Source of the DNA: Rhina ancylostomus
Taxonomy: Eukaryota
Direction: 5' to 3'
DNA: 64,000 nucleotides
Assembly: GCA_030265395.1 (NCBI GenBank)
Contig: JARFYF010000055.1
Location: 22,895,445-22,959,444 of the forward strand
Both the position numbers and the translations under genes were made by a program. Shown one piece after another: positions 40,031-53,058 of this stretch (positions are counted from its first letter, which is position 1; every line of letters begins with the position of its first letter). The notes beneath the pieces are model-generated. The model was not told the origin of the DNA. It did no database searches and saw nothing but the letters and a program-made list of their open reading frames with translations.

Positions 40031-40214
40031 CATCCATTCAGGAATAGGTCCCAATGCTTGTGGTAGTAACTTTCCAATCCAAGTGATATTTGGGATTTAA
40101 TTGGGCTAATCAAAGAGATGGTCTGGAGCTTTTTAGAAGAGTGTGAGGAATTTTGAGATCAGTGGCAAGGTAGAAAAGAGCCAAGGAGCTGTACTGAGTG
40201 AAGCAGTGAGGAGG

Positions 40215-40955
40215 TGAACCAACACTTTAGGAGCATTGAGGTACAGAGGGATGTTGGAATTCAAGTCCATAGCTCCCTGAAAGTACCAACACAAGGTGTA
40301 GTAAAGAAGACATATGGGCATGCTTGTGTTCATTAGTCTGGGCACTGAGTACAAAATTTGACAAGTCATGTTGCAGCTTTATCACACTTCAGTTAGGTCA
40401 CATTTGGAGTATGGTGTCCAGGTTGCTGTATTACAGGAAGGATATGGAGGCTTTGGAGAGGGTGCAGAAGAGATTCACCAGGATGTTGACTGGATTAGAG
40501 AGTATCAGCTATAAGGAGAAGTTGGACAGACTTAGATTATTTTCTCCAGAATGCTGGAGACTGAGAGGCAATCTGATAGAAGAATGCAAAATTATGAGAG
40601 GCATAGATAAGGTAGATGGTCAGGGTAGATAGTCTTTTTCCCAAGGTGGAAGTGGCAAATACTAGAGGGTATAATTTAAAGATGAGAGGAGGAAAATTTA
40701 AAGGAGATTTATGAGGCAAGTGTTTTGCACGGAGAGTGGTAGGTGCCTGGAACATGCTGCCAGGGGAGGTGGTGGTAGCGGATACGACAGCAATGTTTAA
40801 GAGACATTTAGACATTCATATGAACAGGCAGGGAATGGAGAGAAATAGGCCATGTACAGGTAGATGGGATTAGTTTAAAATGATATCACGGTCAGCATGG
40901 ACATTGTGGGCCAAAGGGACTGTTCCAGTGTTGTACCATTTTATGTTCTGTGCTC
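40215..40955 (+). mobile_element. CR1/HER1-like LINE, 5'-truncated
   Basis: YRKDMEALERVQKRFTRMLTGLESISYKEKLDRLRLFS..RLRGNLIE followed by a complete 3' tail. Confidence 0.92.
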
Positions 40956-40974
40956 TATTATCAGGCCTCTTTGA

Positions 40975-42310
40975 TGCCACATTATAATTGCTGCCTTGAT
41001 GTCAAGGGAAATTAGTCTCACCTCACCTCAAGAATTCAGCTGTTTGGTTCATGTTTGGATAAGGGCTGTGATGAGGTGTGGAGTGAGTAGCCCTGGCAAA
41101 ATCCAAACTGGACATTGGTGAGTAGGTTATTAGTGTGTAAGTTCCACTCAATAGTTCTGTCACTGGCAACTTCCATCACTTTGTTGATTATCAAGTGTCG
41201 ACTGATTGTCAGTTAGTAGCCATATCAGAAATGTCATGCAGCTTTGAACAGGATATACCTGAATTTTTTTGCATTGTTGGGTAGATGCTTGCGTTGTAAC
41301 AGTGCTGCAATAGGTTGGCTGGAGGTGCAGCTAGTTTTGGTGCAAGGAACTTTAATATTATTCTAATATATATTGTTGCAGCTTTTGTTCTATCCTTGAT
41401 AAGACAACAAGCAAACCAAATTGGCTGAAATCTGACCTCGTTGATGTTGGTGATCTCAGAAGAAAGGCAAGATGGACCATTCATTTGGCTCTTCTAGCTG
41501 AATGTTTGTGAATGCTTCAGTCATCAACACTTACATGCTGAGCCCTCCATTCTTGAAGATGGGAGTGTTCTTGGTGGCACCTTCTCCTGTTATGTGGGTA
41601 ATTGTCCACCACCATTCATAATTAGATGTGTCAGGACTGCAGAGCTTCGATCACTTCACTATTTTACATGGTCTTTTTGCTGCTAGCATACATGTACTCC
41701 TACTTTGTAGCATTACCAGACTGGTGCCTCTATTCTGAACATGCCTGTTGCTGTTCCTAGTATGTCTTTTTGCACACCACCTTGAATCAGAGTTGAAGTT
41801 CCCCATGTCCTTGCTATTTTCAGTTTCACTTCCAAACGTCGTTTCACATGGAGTAGCACTGATTTGTCAGCTGAGGGTGAACGATAGGTGGGATTGGGAG
41901 AATGTTCCCTTGTCCATGTTTGAGCTAATGCATGAGACTTCATGGAGCCTGGAGTTAATGCTGAAGGCTCCCAGGACTGCTTCCTCCCAGGACTGCTGGT
42001 GGGTCTGGACCGCTGGTGAGTCTGCCCTGCTCGTGGGTCAGGATGCACTGACGGATTGTCTGTGAGCTATGATNNNNNNNNNNATGACAGTATCAGGCTC
42101 CCAATTTCTGAGATGTTCATGAGGCAGGATTTGCAAGGTCAACTGGGTTGGGAGTGACGTTGCTATGTCTGAATTCAGCGCCTGAGCTGATGCTGGGTGG
42201 TCTGACTTTCTTTTAAACCTAGTGATTACAGTACACTTGAGTGGCTTGCTTGACTATTTCAGAGGAGCAGTTAGGGTTCAATCTTTGAAGTCATGTGTAG
42301 GCTGACTTAT
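40975..42310 (-). mobile_element. Degenerate non-LTR LINE ORF2 fragment (RT region)
   Basis: Reverse strand near 40980-41020 reads VRLISLDIKAA (LDIKAAFD-type RT motif); many stops; probably the same family as 50930-51725. Confidence 0.6.
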
Positions 42311-42374
42311 GTGATCAAACACTGGATAAGCTATTTAATGTCTTGGTTAAAAGCCCATTTTTTGTAATAACCCA

Positions 42375-42720
42375 AGGAACATGGGCATTGCTGGCAAGAC
42401 TGCCATTTAACGTTATATGTAACTGCCCTTCAGAAGGAAGTAGTGAGCCTTCTCAATAAACCTCTGTGGTTTATGTGGTGAAGAAACTCTCACAATGTTG
42501 TTAGTGTTCAAGATTTTTAATCCAGGGATATCAAGAGAACTGCAAAACCTATTCTAATGACTTGGAGAAGAAACTGGATGTGACGGTGCTGCCAAGCACA
42601 TGAAATACCTATCCTTCTAAGTGCTGAAAACTGTGCATCTAGAAGGTGTTGTCAAAGAAAACCTGGCAAGTTGCTGCAGTGCAACTAAGAGTTAGAACAG
42701 ATTGTGGAGGGTGTGTATGT
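42375..42720 (-). mobile_element. 3' end of the LINE family also seen at 51600-51725
   Basis: ATGGGCATTGCTGGCAAG..CATTT..AACTGCCCTTCAGAAG resembles the reverse of CTTCAAGGGCAATTAGGGATGCAATAAAT. Confidence 0.5.
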
Positions 42721-43161
42721 GTGGACTGCTGCATAAGTGGACATTGAGAGGGAAATTTATCTAAAATTGGAATTTGAAAACATGATGGTAAATAAACTGG
42801 TGGAGAACATACAAAGGTGGTGTTGGTTAATGGTTGAAATATCTCCTCTCCTCAGCAATGTATGGAACATTACTCAACCAGCACTGTCTGGTATAGTGTC
42901 AACATGGCCATATTAACAGTCGTGTATCAAAAAGACACTTGAATGCAAGCTATCACAGCACATCGCTGTCATTTCCTCACCCAACAGTCATACACATACC
43001 CTTTCATTAGGGTGCATGGGATAATTCAACAAAATTAACTGACAATACTAGTGGCACCTGCACCTTTCTGAGAGCAATTAGAACATACTTCACTGAACAT
43101 ACATAGAGTCCTCCAACTGAGAATAGCTATTGTCCTTGTCTGCCTGAGAGGAATTGTAGTA

Positions 43162-43493
43162 CAGGGGGTCCCCAGGTTATGGAAGATCTGATTTACAGAA
43201 ATTCAACTTTACACAAACTCTCCCATAAATTTTTAAAGAATTTTTCAAGATAGTAGTAATAATAATAAAATGTTTTGTTGTATTCTTTAACAACTGAATA
43301 CAGTATATATTTCATTAGTTTAATTCTGGGTAGTGTTAGAGTGAATATTTGAGGAAATTAAAGAATTATAGCAAATGTATGTAGTGAAATATGATGTGGG
43401 TTAGTGTAGAAAATGGACATCTTGACTTATGGAAAGATGGGCTTATGGACAGTTCTCAGGAACGGAACCCTTACATAACCCAGCGACTGCCTG
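43162..43493. mobile_element. Tigger/pogo-like MITE, 332 bp
   Basis: Imperfect TIRs CAGGGGGTCCCCAGGTTATG / CATAACCCAGCGACTGCCTG (15/20 match) flanked by TA on both sides (43160-43161, 43494-43495). Confidence 0.8.
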
Positions 43494-45684
43494 TACTNNN
43501 NNNNNNNNNNNNNNNNNNNNNNNNNNNNNNNNNNNNNNNNNNNNNNNNNNNNNNNNNNNNNNNNNNNNNNNNNNNNNNNNNNNNNNNNNNNNNNNNNNNN
43601 NNNNNNNNNNNNNNNNNNNNNNNNNNNNNNNNNNNNNNNNNNNNNNNNNNNNNNNNNNNNNNNNNNNNNNNNNNNNNNNNNNNNNNNNNNNNNNNNNNNN
43701 NNNNNNNNNNNNNNNNNNNNNNNNNTGGTACCCCTACCAGCACTGCAATCAGCCAACACAGCAAGACTAGAGATTGAATCTGGGACCTTGTTACTCGATA
43801 ATGGCTCAGAGCCATGTTATTCAGTGAATTTACCCACTGCGCTACCAGGAGAGCTAAGTAAATAATCTCTAATAGAATATAAAGAACCTCCAGAATTTCT
43901 GATCATTTATCCTTATTTGGTACTAATCATTTCCCAACCTTATCCAACAAATTGGTTCAATTGTATTATCTTATATATTTCCCTTTGGATTTCTGCTCAA
44001 GAATGAAATAGTCAGCAATAGATGTGGTGGCAAAATCCATATGTGCAAGTGCTTACTATAACACATTACTTATTATACTAAGATTTATTAGAATAATGAT
44101 TCTCTAAGATATATGAAATGACACTTTGTAAATTATTCAAAAATAAATATGTATAGGTTATCACATCAATATATTTCAATAATCAGAGTCGTTACCATTT
44201 TGTGAATAATTCATTCGTACTACATTCACCAACTATAATAATGCTTACTTTACATGAATGCACCATGTAAAATTAAATTAGCTCCAACCCAAATAAGGAC
44301 TACAACAATGTTTATATTCCATTAAATTTGATTTACTTGTGCTCTCCAAATGGCTGTGATTATCTAACATTATCATACTCTGGATACTGTAGATTTAAAT
44401 CAATTTAATACAATAATCATGCAATCATAAAACACAGCAGCACAACTCTTAAACTAGTAACATTAAGCAAACAAATTTTGTAACTATTCTCACCAATCAC
44501 AATTCCAACAGATGAAGAGAAACATGTTTGACATCTGGTGATATAATAATAAACAGGTGGTCTAGTCAGTTTAAAATGTGATGTTGTTTCCTTCAGACTC
44601 TGTGTGTGTCCTTACATAACTAAGGTACATTCCCATGTCATCTTTGCCACCACCTTCTGGTTTGAAGTGATGTGAAAAATATTGAATAGCAAAGGTAATG
44701 ATGGAGTTCATCAATGGCCCATCAGATCTAAATAGCAGATAACAGACTGTGGATTTCAGAGGCCAGGTCTCAGAATAAATTCAGTGGTTAAAAAACACAC
44801 TAATAAACTGTTTATATACAGATGTAACAGCAGCATGATGTCAGAATTCCCCAGCAAAGAAATCCCTGCCAGACCAGCTTTTGGCAACTCGGACTTTAAG
44901 AAGAATGGATTCTGACACATCAATAGACCATGTGAACCCTTAGAAAAGCAGTGTTTCGTTAAATACTGTTGTTAAATTATCAAAACAGTTGCAAGATTTT
45001 ATGCCTATTACGGACCCAAAGGCAGTGCATTTCCCATTCCATTGAGTGCAATGTTGTGCTCCATCTGGTTGGTGAATTTAGTCCATTTCCTCATAGAAGT
45101 CAACTGTTCCCCCCACTTTCATTGTTAAAGATTAAAGAATTTCACAAAGGGAAAAGGCTATTCAATTCAATGAGCTCATTAAATTATTCATAACACTTCT
45201 TGTAATTCCTTAAAGAATCAAGAAATTATTACTCTTGATGAATTTAGCTATAACATCCATATTTGAAGCATTAAAAGACACTATCTAACTGTGCAAAGTG
45301 TGAAGTGACTACACTGTGGCATAGTACAGATCTACTCATGAGTACTGTGTGTATTTCCTCTTTAATGTTTTGCTCAGTTCTCAACACCTTGGATGTGACA
45401 ATAAAGAAAGGTGCCATTGTTCTACATCCTCCAGCAATGAGTTTGTCTTATTGATCACACATATCAAGGGCTTACCTGCTGCAGTTTGTGAACACTCCCT
45501 CAGATCTGTTGATGAAACGATTTCCATTTGTGCCGTAATCACAGTCTCCAACTCTTCTCTTTTGATTTAGATCCTCTTTACATCTCCTCTATCTAAATCC
45601 CTCTAACGTTGTGCTATTTATAACCTATATTTTCCCATTGTTCCTGTAACCTTGTAATTTAAACCTGATGTATCCTTGTATCTC

Positions 45685-45760
45685 CTGTTTTTCACTGTAG
45701 GACAAGTTTTTCACTGTACCTCTGTACAAGTGACAATAATAAACCAATACCAATACCAGC
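45685..45760 (+). mobile_element. Rex1-type 3' terminus
   Basis: TTTTCACTGTACCTCTGTACAAGTGACAATAATAAACCAATACCAATACCA. Confidence 0.8.
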
Positions 45761-48700
45761 CTGAACATTTTCTATTGCTTTGTGACCTTTCAGATAATAA
45801 AATTACCAAAACCACCATTGATTATTGGTATTATCAAACCATCTTTCCCTGGATTTACTGTACTGCCAATTGTCCTCAATTACTCTGTGCTAGGAAGGTG
45901 AAAGATCACCCAGATTACCCAGTCCTAACTACTGTCTGTGGGTCAGAAGCCACCAACCTTTAAACTTTAAATCTGTCAAAATCTAATCCATTCTAAGACA
46001 CAGTTCACTCTTTCAATCATCCAGACAACTCTAAAAAGGGGTTTGAAATATTGAAAACAAATCCATCCACTATGGCATAAACCCTGTATACACACATAAA
46101 CAGCACTTCTGATTCACCTTCAGAATAGTCAAAATGATGGAACATTAGCAGGAGCAATTCTGGGGAAAGTCTTAGAACTGAGGTTGAATTTTGTCCAGCA
46201 TTTGTGAATTACCCTTCCAATTAATAACCACCTGATTTTCTTCTTCCTCTTTTCTCAGGATGACTATTTTCATGTTGCTGACTCCCGAACCACAATAGCT
46301 TGGGAATCACATATTAGCATGTGAACACTTGACACATGACATTTCACTATTTTAATGCAGCCATTAACCTGCTAATTTTAAATGGGTCAACAGCCCTACT
46401 AAAAGACCAGTCTGAAAAATGACATGAGAATGCTTTAAATGTTCATCTACTAATATCATTAAAGCAATTTCCAGGCTCTGGTTCAAAAAAATGTTAAAAA
46501 TCCTGACTATGGTTTTAAAATATAAATATAAGTACTGAGTGAAAAATCTCCTAATGGTAATGTTGCCCACCTCATTATATATTGGAAGTTTGTTTTTATT
46601 TTCATATTTATTGATTAAAACAGTCTGTCCTGGAAGAGGAATGAAATGATGCTGGGTTGGATAGATACCTCTTCCTTTCCTGTCATCCAGTAAAATACAT
46701 TTCAAATGTAAGCTCACCCAAACACTTTTGGCATCAAACTTAAATGTCTGTCATATTTAAAATGGTTAGATTTTGAGGGAGTAATAAAAACAACACTACT
46801 TATGTAACACTGATGCCAGCTTTAAGATTTTTGCACACACATACTTTAATGCTGAAATTTCAAAGCTGATGTCAAGGACTCAATGCACTTTTATATGGGC
46901 TAACCTGTTGTAACTCTCTCCACTATAAACAACATATTAGAGTTGATATAAATGTCAACTGTTTATGAGCTAGTTCTGCTTTAAAATCCCCTAAAAATGT
47001 TACGCTGGCCATTTAGTACAATGTAGCAAGCAACCTGATCCTAAAACAAACTCATTTCATGTAGTATTATAATATTCCCACATTAATATTTTTAAAAAAT
47101 ACAGGATATTTTTATAAAACTTATTGGCGATATTTCAGAATCTACTTAAATCTTATGTCCACGTTCCAATGTTTATCTCCAATATTTAAGAAGTCAATAA
47201 AATAGTTTGCATTTTGGGTCTGAGCATTTCTGTTTGTGGAAGTTCTTTAACGTGATTCCCCTGCTCAGCCATCTTGATGACATCACAGTTNNNNNNNNNN
47301 NNNNNNNNNNNNNNNNNNNNNNNNNNNNNNNNNNNNNNNNNNNNNNNNNNNNNNNNNNNNNNNNNNNNNNNNNNNNNNNNNNNNNNNNNNTCTTGATGAC
47401 ATCACAGTTGCTGGGTAACTATGATCTCTCTGAACTCATGCATGGCAGCGGTATGTGTAAGAGCAAGTTCTAACCACAGAGATTGCTCAAAGTTTGTGGG
47501 GTGCTTTCTCTGAGGCCAGTGATAAGCTCTTTCATCACTGAGCTCAAATACCAGTACTTTAATTACCCATCAGAAAGCTTATAGGAGATAATATTCTCTT
47601 ATCATGATTTTATCATCATAAAATAAATGTCCACTTCATTGATTAACAACATTCATTGGGCCAACCTGTCAGATTACAGATGAGACTTCTGCTCATAGTG
47701 TAGAACAAGATCCACAGAAGTTAGTCATAATGATTTGTTGAGTTCGCCCAGGATTTATCCTTCATTCTTTCATTCTTGTTCTTTCAATTTATGCCTCTGT
47801 CTCCTCTCTGTAGGCTGACCCACATTGATAATGTAATGTGGAACTGCAGATTCTAATGGTGTAGCAGGCAGAGTGAGGTCCACTTATTGTGCTTGGAAGT
47901 TGGTTGTTTTGCTGCAATTCTTCCTTTATCACATCATGACCAACATGAATCAGCAAATGTGTTCTTAAAGGGAGCACCATAGGCTGCTGATCCCATACCC
48001 ATGTGATTACAGGTAATTATGATACTCTTCCATTCCTTGCAGGCCTTTTCCTGATAAAGTCCCGACATTGAAGTTCAGTCTCAGCCAAGTGGATTCTGTC
48101 AATAGCATCATCAGTTTAATGACAAACTGGTCAATAGACATTCTACAACCCAGCAACATGTCTTGCAGGTTTCATAACTTTTAAACACTTGGATTACATA
48201 AGAATTATTGAGATTTTCAAAGTTTTTGTTAGATCTTTGATTTATTTCCCTATATTATTAAACTAGTTTACAAAACTTGCCACAAAACTTAGTGTAAAAA
48301 AACATTGTTTCTGTTCATTTTGCTTCAGCGTCATTAAATGCTCAAATCTGGGTGGGTTTGGGCACATGTTTGGAACCTCTGTGTCTTTCCTTTTAACAAG
48401 ATAGTTTGAAACAATTCCTGATGAGTGGTGAAGATAACAGACACATACCGTAACTATTATTATTGTCACTTATGCAGAAAATTTGACAACGTTAACCAGA
48501 GCAAGGGTTGCATTGAATATTGTCTTTTCACCTCTTTTCAGCATGAACTGAGAGGAAACAAATCAGCTTTCCAATGACTGACAGAGAGGATCCCACACTT
48601 AGTGGTAGTAAGAGTTCAATCATTTTAATCTTGCAGTGTTTTCCCATTACTCAGACAAATGCACTTTAGAAGAAACTTCAGTGCGATATATCAGGAAATA

Positions 48701-49314
48701 GATTGAATTTGGTATCTNNNNNNNNNNNNNNNNNNNNNNNNNNNNNNNNNNNNNNNNNNNNNNNNNNNNNNNNNNNNNNNNNNNNNNNNNNNNNNNNNNN
48801 NNNNNNNNNNNNNNNNNNNNNNNNNNNNNNNNNNNNNNNNNNNNNNNNNNNNNNNNNNNNNNNNNNNNNNNNNNNNNNNNNNNNNNNNNNNNNNNNNNNN
48901 NNNNNNNNNNNNNNNNNNNNNNNNNNNNNNNNNNNNNNNNNNNNNNNNNNNNNNNNNNNNNNNNNNNNNNNNNNNNNNNNNNNNNNNNNNNNNNNNNNNN
49001 NNNNNNNNNNNNNNNNNNNNNNNNNNNNNNNNNNNNNNNNNNNNNNNNNNNNNNNNNNNNNNNNNNNNNNNNNNNNNNNNNNNNNNNNNNNNNNNNNNNN
49101 NNNNNNNNNNNNNNNNNNNNNNNNNNNNNNNNNNNNNNNNNNNNNNNNNNNNNNNNNNNNNNNNNNNNNNNNNNNNNNNNNNNNNNNNNNNNNNNNNNNN
49201 NNNNNNNNNNNNNNNNNNNNNNNNNNNNNNNNNNNNNNNNNNNNNNNNNNNNNNNNNNNNNNNNNNNNNNNNNNNNNNNNNNNNNNNNNNNNNNNNNNNN
49301 NNNNNNNNNNNNNN

Positions 49315-49390
49315 CCAGAACACTCTACGCAAAAGATGCATTTCACTGTGTGTTTCGATGTACATGTGACTAATAAAGATATCTTATTTT
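49315..49390 (+). mobile_element. 3' tail of the Rex1-tailed V-SINE
   Basis: Near-identical to 56841-56910; the rest lies in the preceding gap. Confidence 0.85.
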
Positions 49391-49486
49391 ACCTTATCAT
49401 GGAATGTAATCCCAAACATGTCAGAGTCCCAGAATCTAATCTAATAACAAATTATGCTTACTAAGGTATTTTCCCCTAAGTACATC

Positions 49487-49695
49487 AGAACATCAGAAAT
49501 AGAAGCAGGAGTTGACCAAATAGCCCCACAAGCCCACTCTGCCATTCATTAGAGATCTATGCCTCAAACCTACTTTGCTCCCAATCCTCATATCCAGGAT
49601 CCAAAAATCTATTGATCTCAGCCCTAACCCTGCTCAATCACTGATCATCCACAGCTCTCAGAGGGAGAAATTCCAGAATTACAACCATCTGTTTA
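49487..49695 (-). mobile_element. CR1-type LINE 3' end (different subfamily)
   Basis: AGAAATAGAAGCAGGAG..CTGCCATTCA..AAAAATCTATTGATCTCAGCC..AAATTCCAGA. Confidence 0.6.
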
Positions 49696-50929
49696 AGGTA
49701 ATTCCTCATCATCCGAGGGGCTCCAGGTAGGATTGGGGCAATGAAGCTTTTTCAGATGGTAACAGTGGTGGGAAGAGGAAAGTTGAAGTTGTAGAAAGAA
49801 GCAGCTCAGATGGTAACCAGCTCTCCCTCTCCCCTGCCCCAATAAGTGGAACAGATCAACAAAATACACTCTTAAATACAAATTCACCTGTTTTTTTTCT
49901 GATCAAGAAATGCATTGAACATTGTTCATGGTGTGCATAATGGGGAAGGACATGGTGAGCATAGCTTCTATCCTGACTTTATGCTCAGGAAACAGAAACA
50001 ATCATTTATTCCTAACTGGCCACAGTAGCAGTGGTACAGTTGAGACATATTCTCTTGGACTATCAGAAGCAGAAGAAAGATAATTTGGGTGCAAAATAAA
50101 AGATTACAACTCAATACTGAATGAACATTGGTACAATTTTGTAGATATTATTTCAGCTTCTAATTGCAGAGGGCAGACTGTTTGAGCTTTAAGGTTGAGT
50201 GTTTTCCGTTCTTTACTTTCATCACATTTTCTGTTCCCACAAATATTTTGAAAAGTAAAAAGTGAAACATCTACACCCGTTAGGAACCCTTGAAGGCTTC
50301 AGTCTGCACTTTATCAAAAAATACAGCATGCACACTTCAAGCAGCTATAAGCTTGCCAACACATTTCTTTGAATATAAAGCTGCAAACAGAGCTTAAATT
50401 CCTTTGGTTTGGAGAATAAAATCGGAATGTATCAGGGCAGTGTGTTGACGGGAAAATGGTACTTAAGACCTGCAGCAGAATGTGAAGTGTCCTTTGTATA
50501 TTCCAGCAGCTTCCTGTATTCAGTCTGGACGTTCGCCAAATTCCTCTGCACCCACGATCTTCATTAACCATGTCAGTCATTTTCCTCCAATCCCAAGGAG
50601 TAATTCAAGGGCAGCTTCATGCTTTTCAGTTCTGCTTGTATGTGTGTATTCATTAAATAAAGTTGATTAACTGGTCCTTTAAACAGCCCAGTACAGTTCT
50701 GGTGCTGCTAATTAATTGGAAAAGGGCTTTTTGAGCTTCTGAACTGATTTTATATGTACAAAGANNNNNNNNNNNNNNNNNNNNNNNNNNNNNNNNNNNN
50801 NNNNNNNNNNNNNNNNNNNNNNNNNNNNNNNNNNNNNNNNNNNNNNNNNNNNNNNTGGGTGTTCTGATCAATAACCAGTTATATGGGTCACGGTGGGGGT
50901 CAGGGGAAAACCAAGTCAGACTTGACCAC

Positions 50930-51725
50930 AGTGCTTCTTCTTCCTTCTCTTCATCCAAGATCTCCCCCCATCCACCAATGTGAGTTCAGAAATGGAAATG
51001 TTTGTCAATGACTGCTCAATGTTCAGTTCCATTCAACAAATTTCAAACAACAAATTTCACAACATATGTCAGTGATAATAAACCTGATTCTGATTCATTC
51101 ATTATTCCTCAATTAGTGAAGCAACTGATGTTTGCATCAAGCATGACCTGGACTTTCAGGCATGGACTGATAAATGGCATGTAGTAGTTGTTCTACACCA
51201 GTGACAGGGAATTACCATTCTAGCAAGAACAAGTCAAACAATCTCCCATTGATACTCAACATTATTACTATTGCCAGATACCACATCATCAATATCCTGA
51301 GGGACCTATTGATCAGAAACTCATATAGGTTCCTTCAACGACAAAACATATTTCTTGATTGGCACTTAATCCGCCATCCTAAGGATTCATTCCTTTCTCT
51401 ACCACATGACTGCAGTGTGCACCACTCAACAATATTCACAACAACAACTCATCAAAGCTTCTTCAAAACCACCAACCAAATTCATGACTTGTACCACCTG
51501 GAAAAACAAGGGCAGCAGGTACAAGAGAAGACCTGCATCCATCTGTTTCACACACTATCCTGACTTCTCAGTTGTCATTGAATCTAAATCGTGGAGCTCC
51601 TTGACAGCACTGGGGAATACTGCCACCACCAGGACTCAGGAAGGCAGATCAACATCACTTCTTCAAGGGCAATTAGGGATGCAATAAATCCTATCCTTCC
51701 ATCTAGTGCCTACATCCAGCAGTGA
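50930..51725 (+). mobile_element. Degenerate non-LTR LINE, RT-to-3' end, with a nested short insertion
   Basis: MFVNDCSMFSSI (decayed FADD motif), then DLD..QAWTDKW; ends CTTCAAGGGCAATTAGGGATGCAATAAAT. Confidence 0.7.
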
Positions 51726-52314
51726 AAATAGAAATAGCTGATGGGACCTATGTACCATATCTGCAGTTATATCTGAAGAACGGTTTGATAGATAAATATT
51801 GGGGTTCTCTGAACCATTTCCTGGAAAAGTCAAATCTTCTGGGAAGAAAAGCAGGTTGTATGACACCATTCCACTCCGACCAATCAACCTCACAAATTTT
51901 GCACTTGGTTGAGCCATTATTTGTGGGACTTGGATAGTGCTGGACCTAGATGCTTTGTTTTTTGATTCTTCTCCCATGACATTCTAATATTCACAAGTGC
52001 CATAGTCCAATAGCAGAAGGCACTATCTGAAAGATCCAATGACCATCAACTAAGAACAGCCCAAGAGGGTGGGTCAGGAGCACATTCATGACAGAAGCAC
52101 CATTTCAAAGCATGAGAAAGATATTTTAAATTACTTCATGATTAAAGTGAGAAACAGATACATGAAATATATCTTGAATTAATTACTTGTAATTCGGAAT
52201 ATAATTTGCAATTTAAAGGATTTCAAATTACTTTCTGAGCAAGGCAGCCTTCACAGANNNNNNNNNNNNNNNNNNNNNNNNNNNNNNNNNNNNTATACTT
52301 TCCAATAATTAAAT

Positions 52315-52590
52315 TGATTTAAGGTGAATAGCAAAAATACCAGCGGGGTTATGTGGAGAATTTTTTTACACAGCAAGTCGTTATGATCTGGAATGCAGTG
52401 TTGGAAGGAACTGTGGAAGCAGATTCAACAGTAACATTCAAAAGGGAATTGGATACATACTTGGAAAAGGAAAATTTTGAGCACCAAGGGGAAAGAACAA
52501 GGGTGTGGGTCTTAATTCCATGGCTCTTTCAGCTGGCATTGGTACAATGGGAAGCAAAGCCTCCTTTGGTACTGGATGATTCTATGAGAG
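52315..52590 (+). mobile_element. CR1-like LINE 3' fragment
   Basis: NFFTQQVVMIWNAVLEGTVEADSTVTFKRELD, the CR1 ORF2 terminus. Confidence 0.85.
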
Positions 52591-52661
52591 ATTACATCTT
52601 TTCCACATAACTCAGTAAGGAAGTGGAACAAGCGATATGGCTTTAAGCCACTGAAGGTAGA

Positions 52662-52663
<2 letters not shown>

Positions 52664-52707
<44 letters not shown>
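52664..52707. repeat. (GT)n microsatellite
   Basis: Seen directly. Confidence 0.98.
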
Positions 52708-52709
<2 letters not shown>

Positions 52710-52954
52710 GCTAGACTGGCTCCCACAGTCGACCACTGAAAAATGTCAAGTTCAGTTGTCTGCTCCCTCTGCACCTCCCACACCTCAACCACTCCATCTT
52801 GGCAAACTTAACACTTGGCAATATCAGGTGGAGAAAAGTTTGCCTGCAGCCTGTCAAAAGTCACAGTTGAGTTTTACAAAGGGTGAGATACTGGAATGTT
52901 GGTATCACCTGTGCAAACAGAACCCAGTATAAATCAGCATTTTCACATGAAGAG

Positions 52955-53058
52955 AGAAATAGCAACAAAAAAATTCTGTAACATTCAGCGAGTCAGGCAG
53001 CACCCATGGAAAGGAAAGAGAAGCAATAATTCTGTTCAGTGACCTTTCTTCAGAGTTG
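52955..53058 (-). mobile_element. Penelope-like relic
   Basis: CATTCAGCGAGTCAGGCAGCACCCATGGA..GACCTTTCTTCAG; the minus strand carries CTGAAGA. Confidence 0.55.

Noticed and set aside
48678-49464. Long ORFs here and at 43.4k and 54.8k
   Set aside because: Almost entirely N-gap.
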